Part shown: one piece after another, positions 63,893 through 64,000 of the stretch
How positions within the stretch are numbered: position 1 is the first letter of the stretch
Layout of the letters: each line of letters begins with the position of its first letter
Assembly: GCA_020148055.1 (NCBI GenBank)
Contig: JAHCRF010000001.1
Location: 5,378 to 69,377 of the forward strand
Length of the DNA stretch: 64,000 nt
Direction: 5' to 3'
Source: Patescibacteria group bacterium
GTDB lineage: Bacteria > Patescibacteriota > Minisyncoccia > Minisyncoccales > JAHCRE01
The notes under the pieces: generated by a model
Told to the model about the DNA's origin: nothing
Database searches by the model: none
The model's input: the letters and a program-made list of their open reading frames with translations, nothing else
Program-made: the position numbers and the translations under genes

Positions 63893-64000
63893 TTAGTTTC
63901 TAGTTATTAGTTTTTTATTCTTTCACTTCTATCTTTCTTTTTTTCTCCCTCTCAATTTTAGGTATCCTTATAGTTAAAATTCCTTCTTTAAAAGATGCTT

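Noticed and set aside
1-64000. Possibility of an alternative genetic code (UGA recoding, as in some CPR lineages)
   Set aside because: Long housekeeping ORFs (dnaA, pnp, gyrA, ftsH, hppA) are intact under the standard code, and TGA is used as a genuine stop, for example pilC at 39241.

Overview
AT-rich, gene-dense bacterial chromosome segment. It uses the standard genetic code: long ORFs are intact and TGA is used as a stop, for example at the end of pilC. The gene content and style (small proteins, monoderm-type type IV pilus genes, a short IF-2, many tRNAs) resemble a Candidate Phyla Radiation / Patescibacteria genome.

The window contains the replication-origin neighbourhood: rpmH-rnpA-yidD-yidC-jag on the minus strand, then an AT-rich intergenic region with DnaA-box-like sites, then dnaA-dnaN on the plus strand. 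Immediately after dnaN is a decayed dciA (DUF721) helicase-loader gene. rpmH was not in the supplied ORF track; I found it by translating the sequence by hand.

Housekeeping genes I can support: PBP1A, tyrS, ruvC, yebC, pnp-rpsO, cca, nusA, H+-pyrophosphatase, tig-clpP, rny, infB-rbfA, rplS, rluA-family, ftsH, an S1-domain protein, gyrA, htrA. There are 20 tRNA genes in six clusters, folded by hand from the sequence.

Accessory content:
1. A type IV secretion-like remnant at about 2.4-5.3 kb: a VirB3-like small membrane protein plus a VirB4 ATPase split into two ORFs by an in-frame TAG/TAA. It lies next to a higher-GC segment at 1-1000.
2. A complete type IV pilus locus at 34.8-45.3 kb: a two-component system, pilB, pilC, three prepilin-like genes, a PilX-like 602-aa minor pilin, then pilM/N/O. 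There is a heptanucleotide (ATTCAAA)x4 tract at the pilC/pilin junction.
3. A family of secreted, Cys-rich proteins with a C-terminal VirB2/TrbC-like two-helix hairpin. Three lie in tandem at 62.2-63.6 kb, two of them forming a recent ~590-bp tandem duplication with diverged ectodomains. A fourth at 20.6-21.7 kb is fused to a vWA adhesin-like domain and sits between two tRNA genes.
4. A free-standing double-motif LAGLIDADG homing endonuclease gene between rplS and a tRNA cluster. Its 3' end overlaps tRNA-Leu(GAG).
5. Two inverted copies of a ~110-nt GC-rich element (45.3 kb and 62.0 kb). One copy carries a G-quadruplex-like insert.

Other oddities: a 7-nt x5 tandem repeat inside gyrA, a tRNA-Ile with a UAU anticodon, two tRNAs with UGCAA T-loops, a tRNA-like fragment, and several GC-rich structured intergenic islands.

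All calls rest on reading the sequence and translations and on recalled family motifs. No database searches were run.
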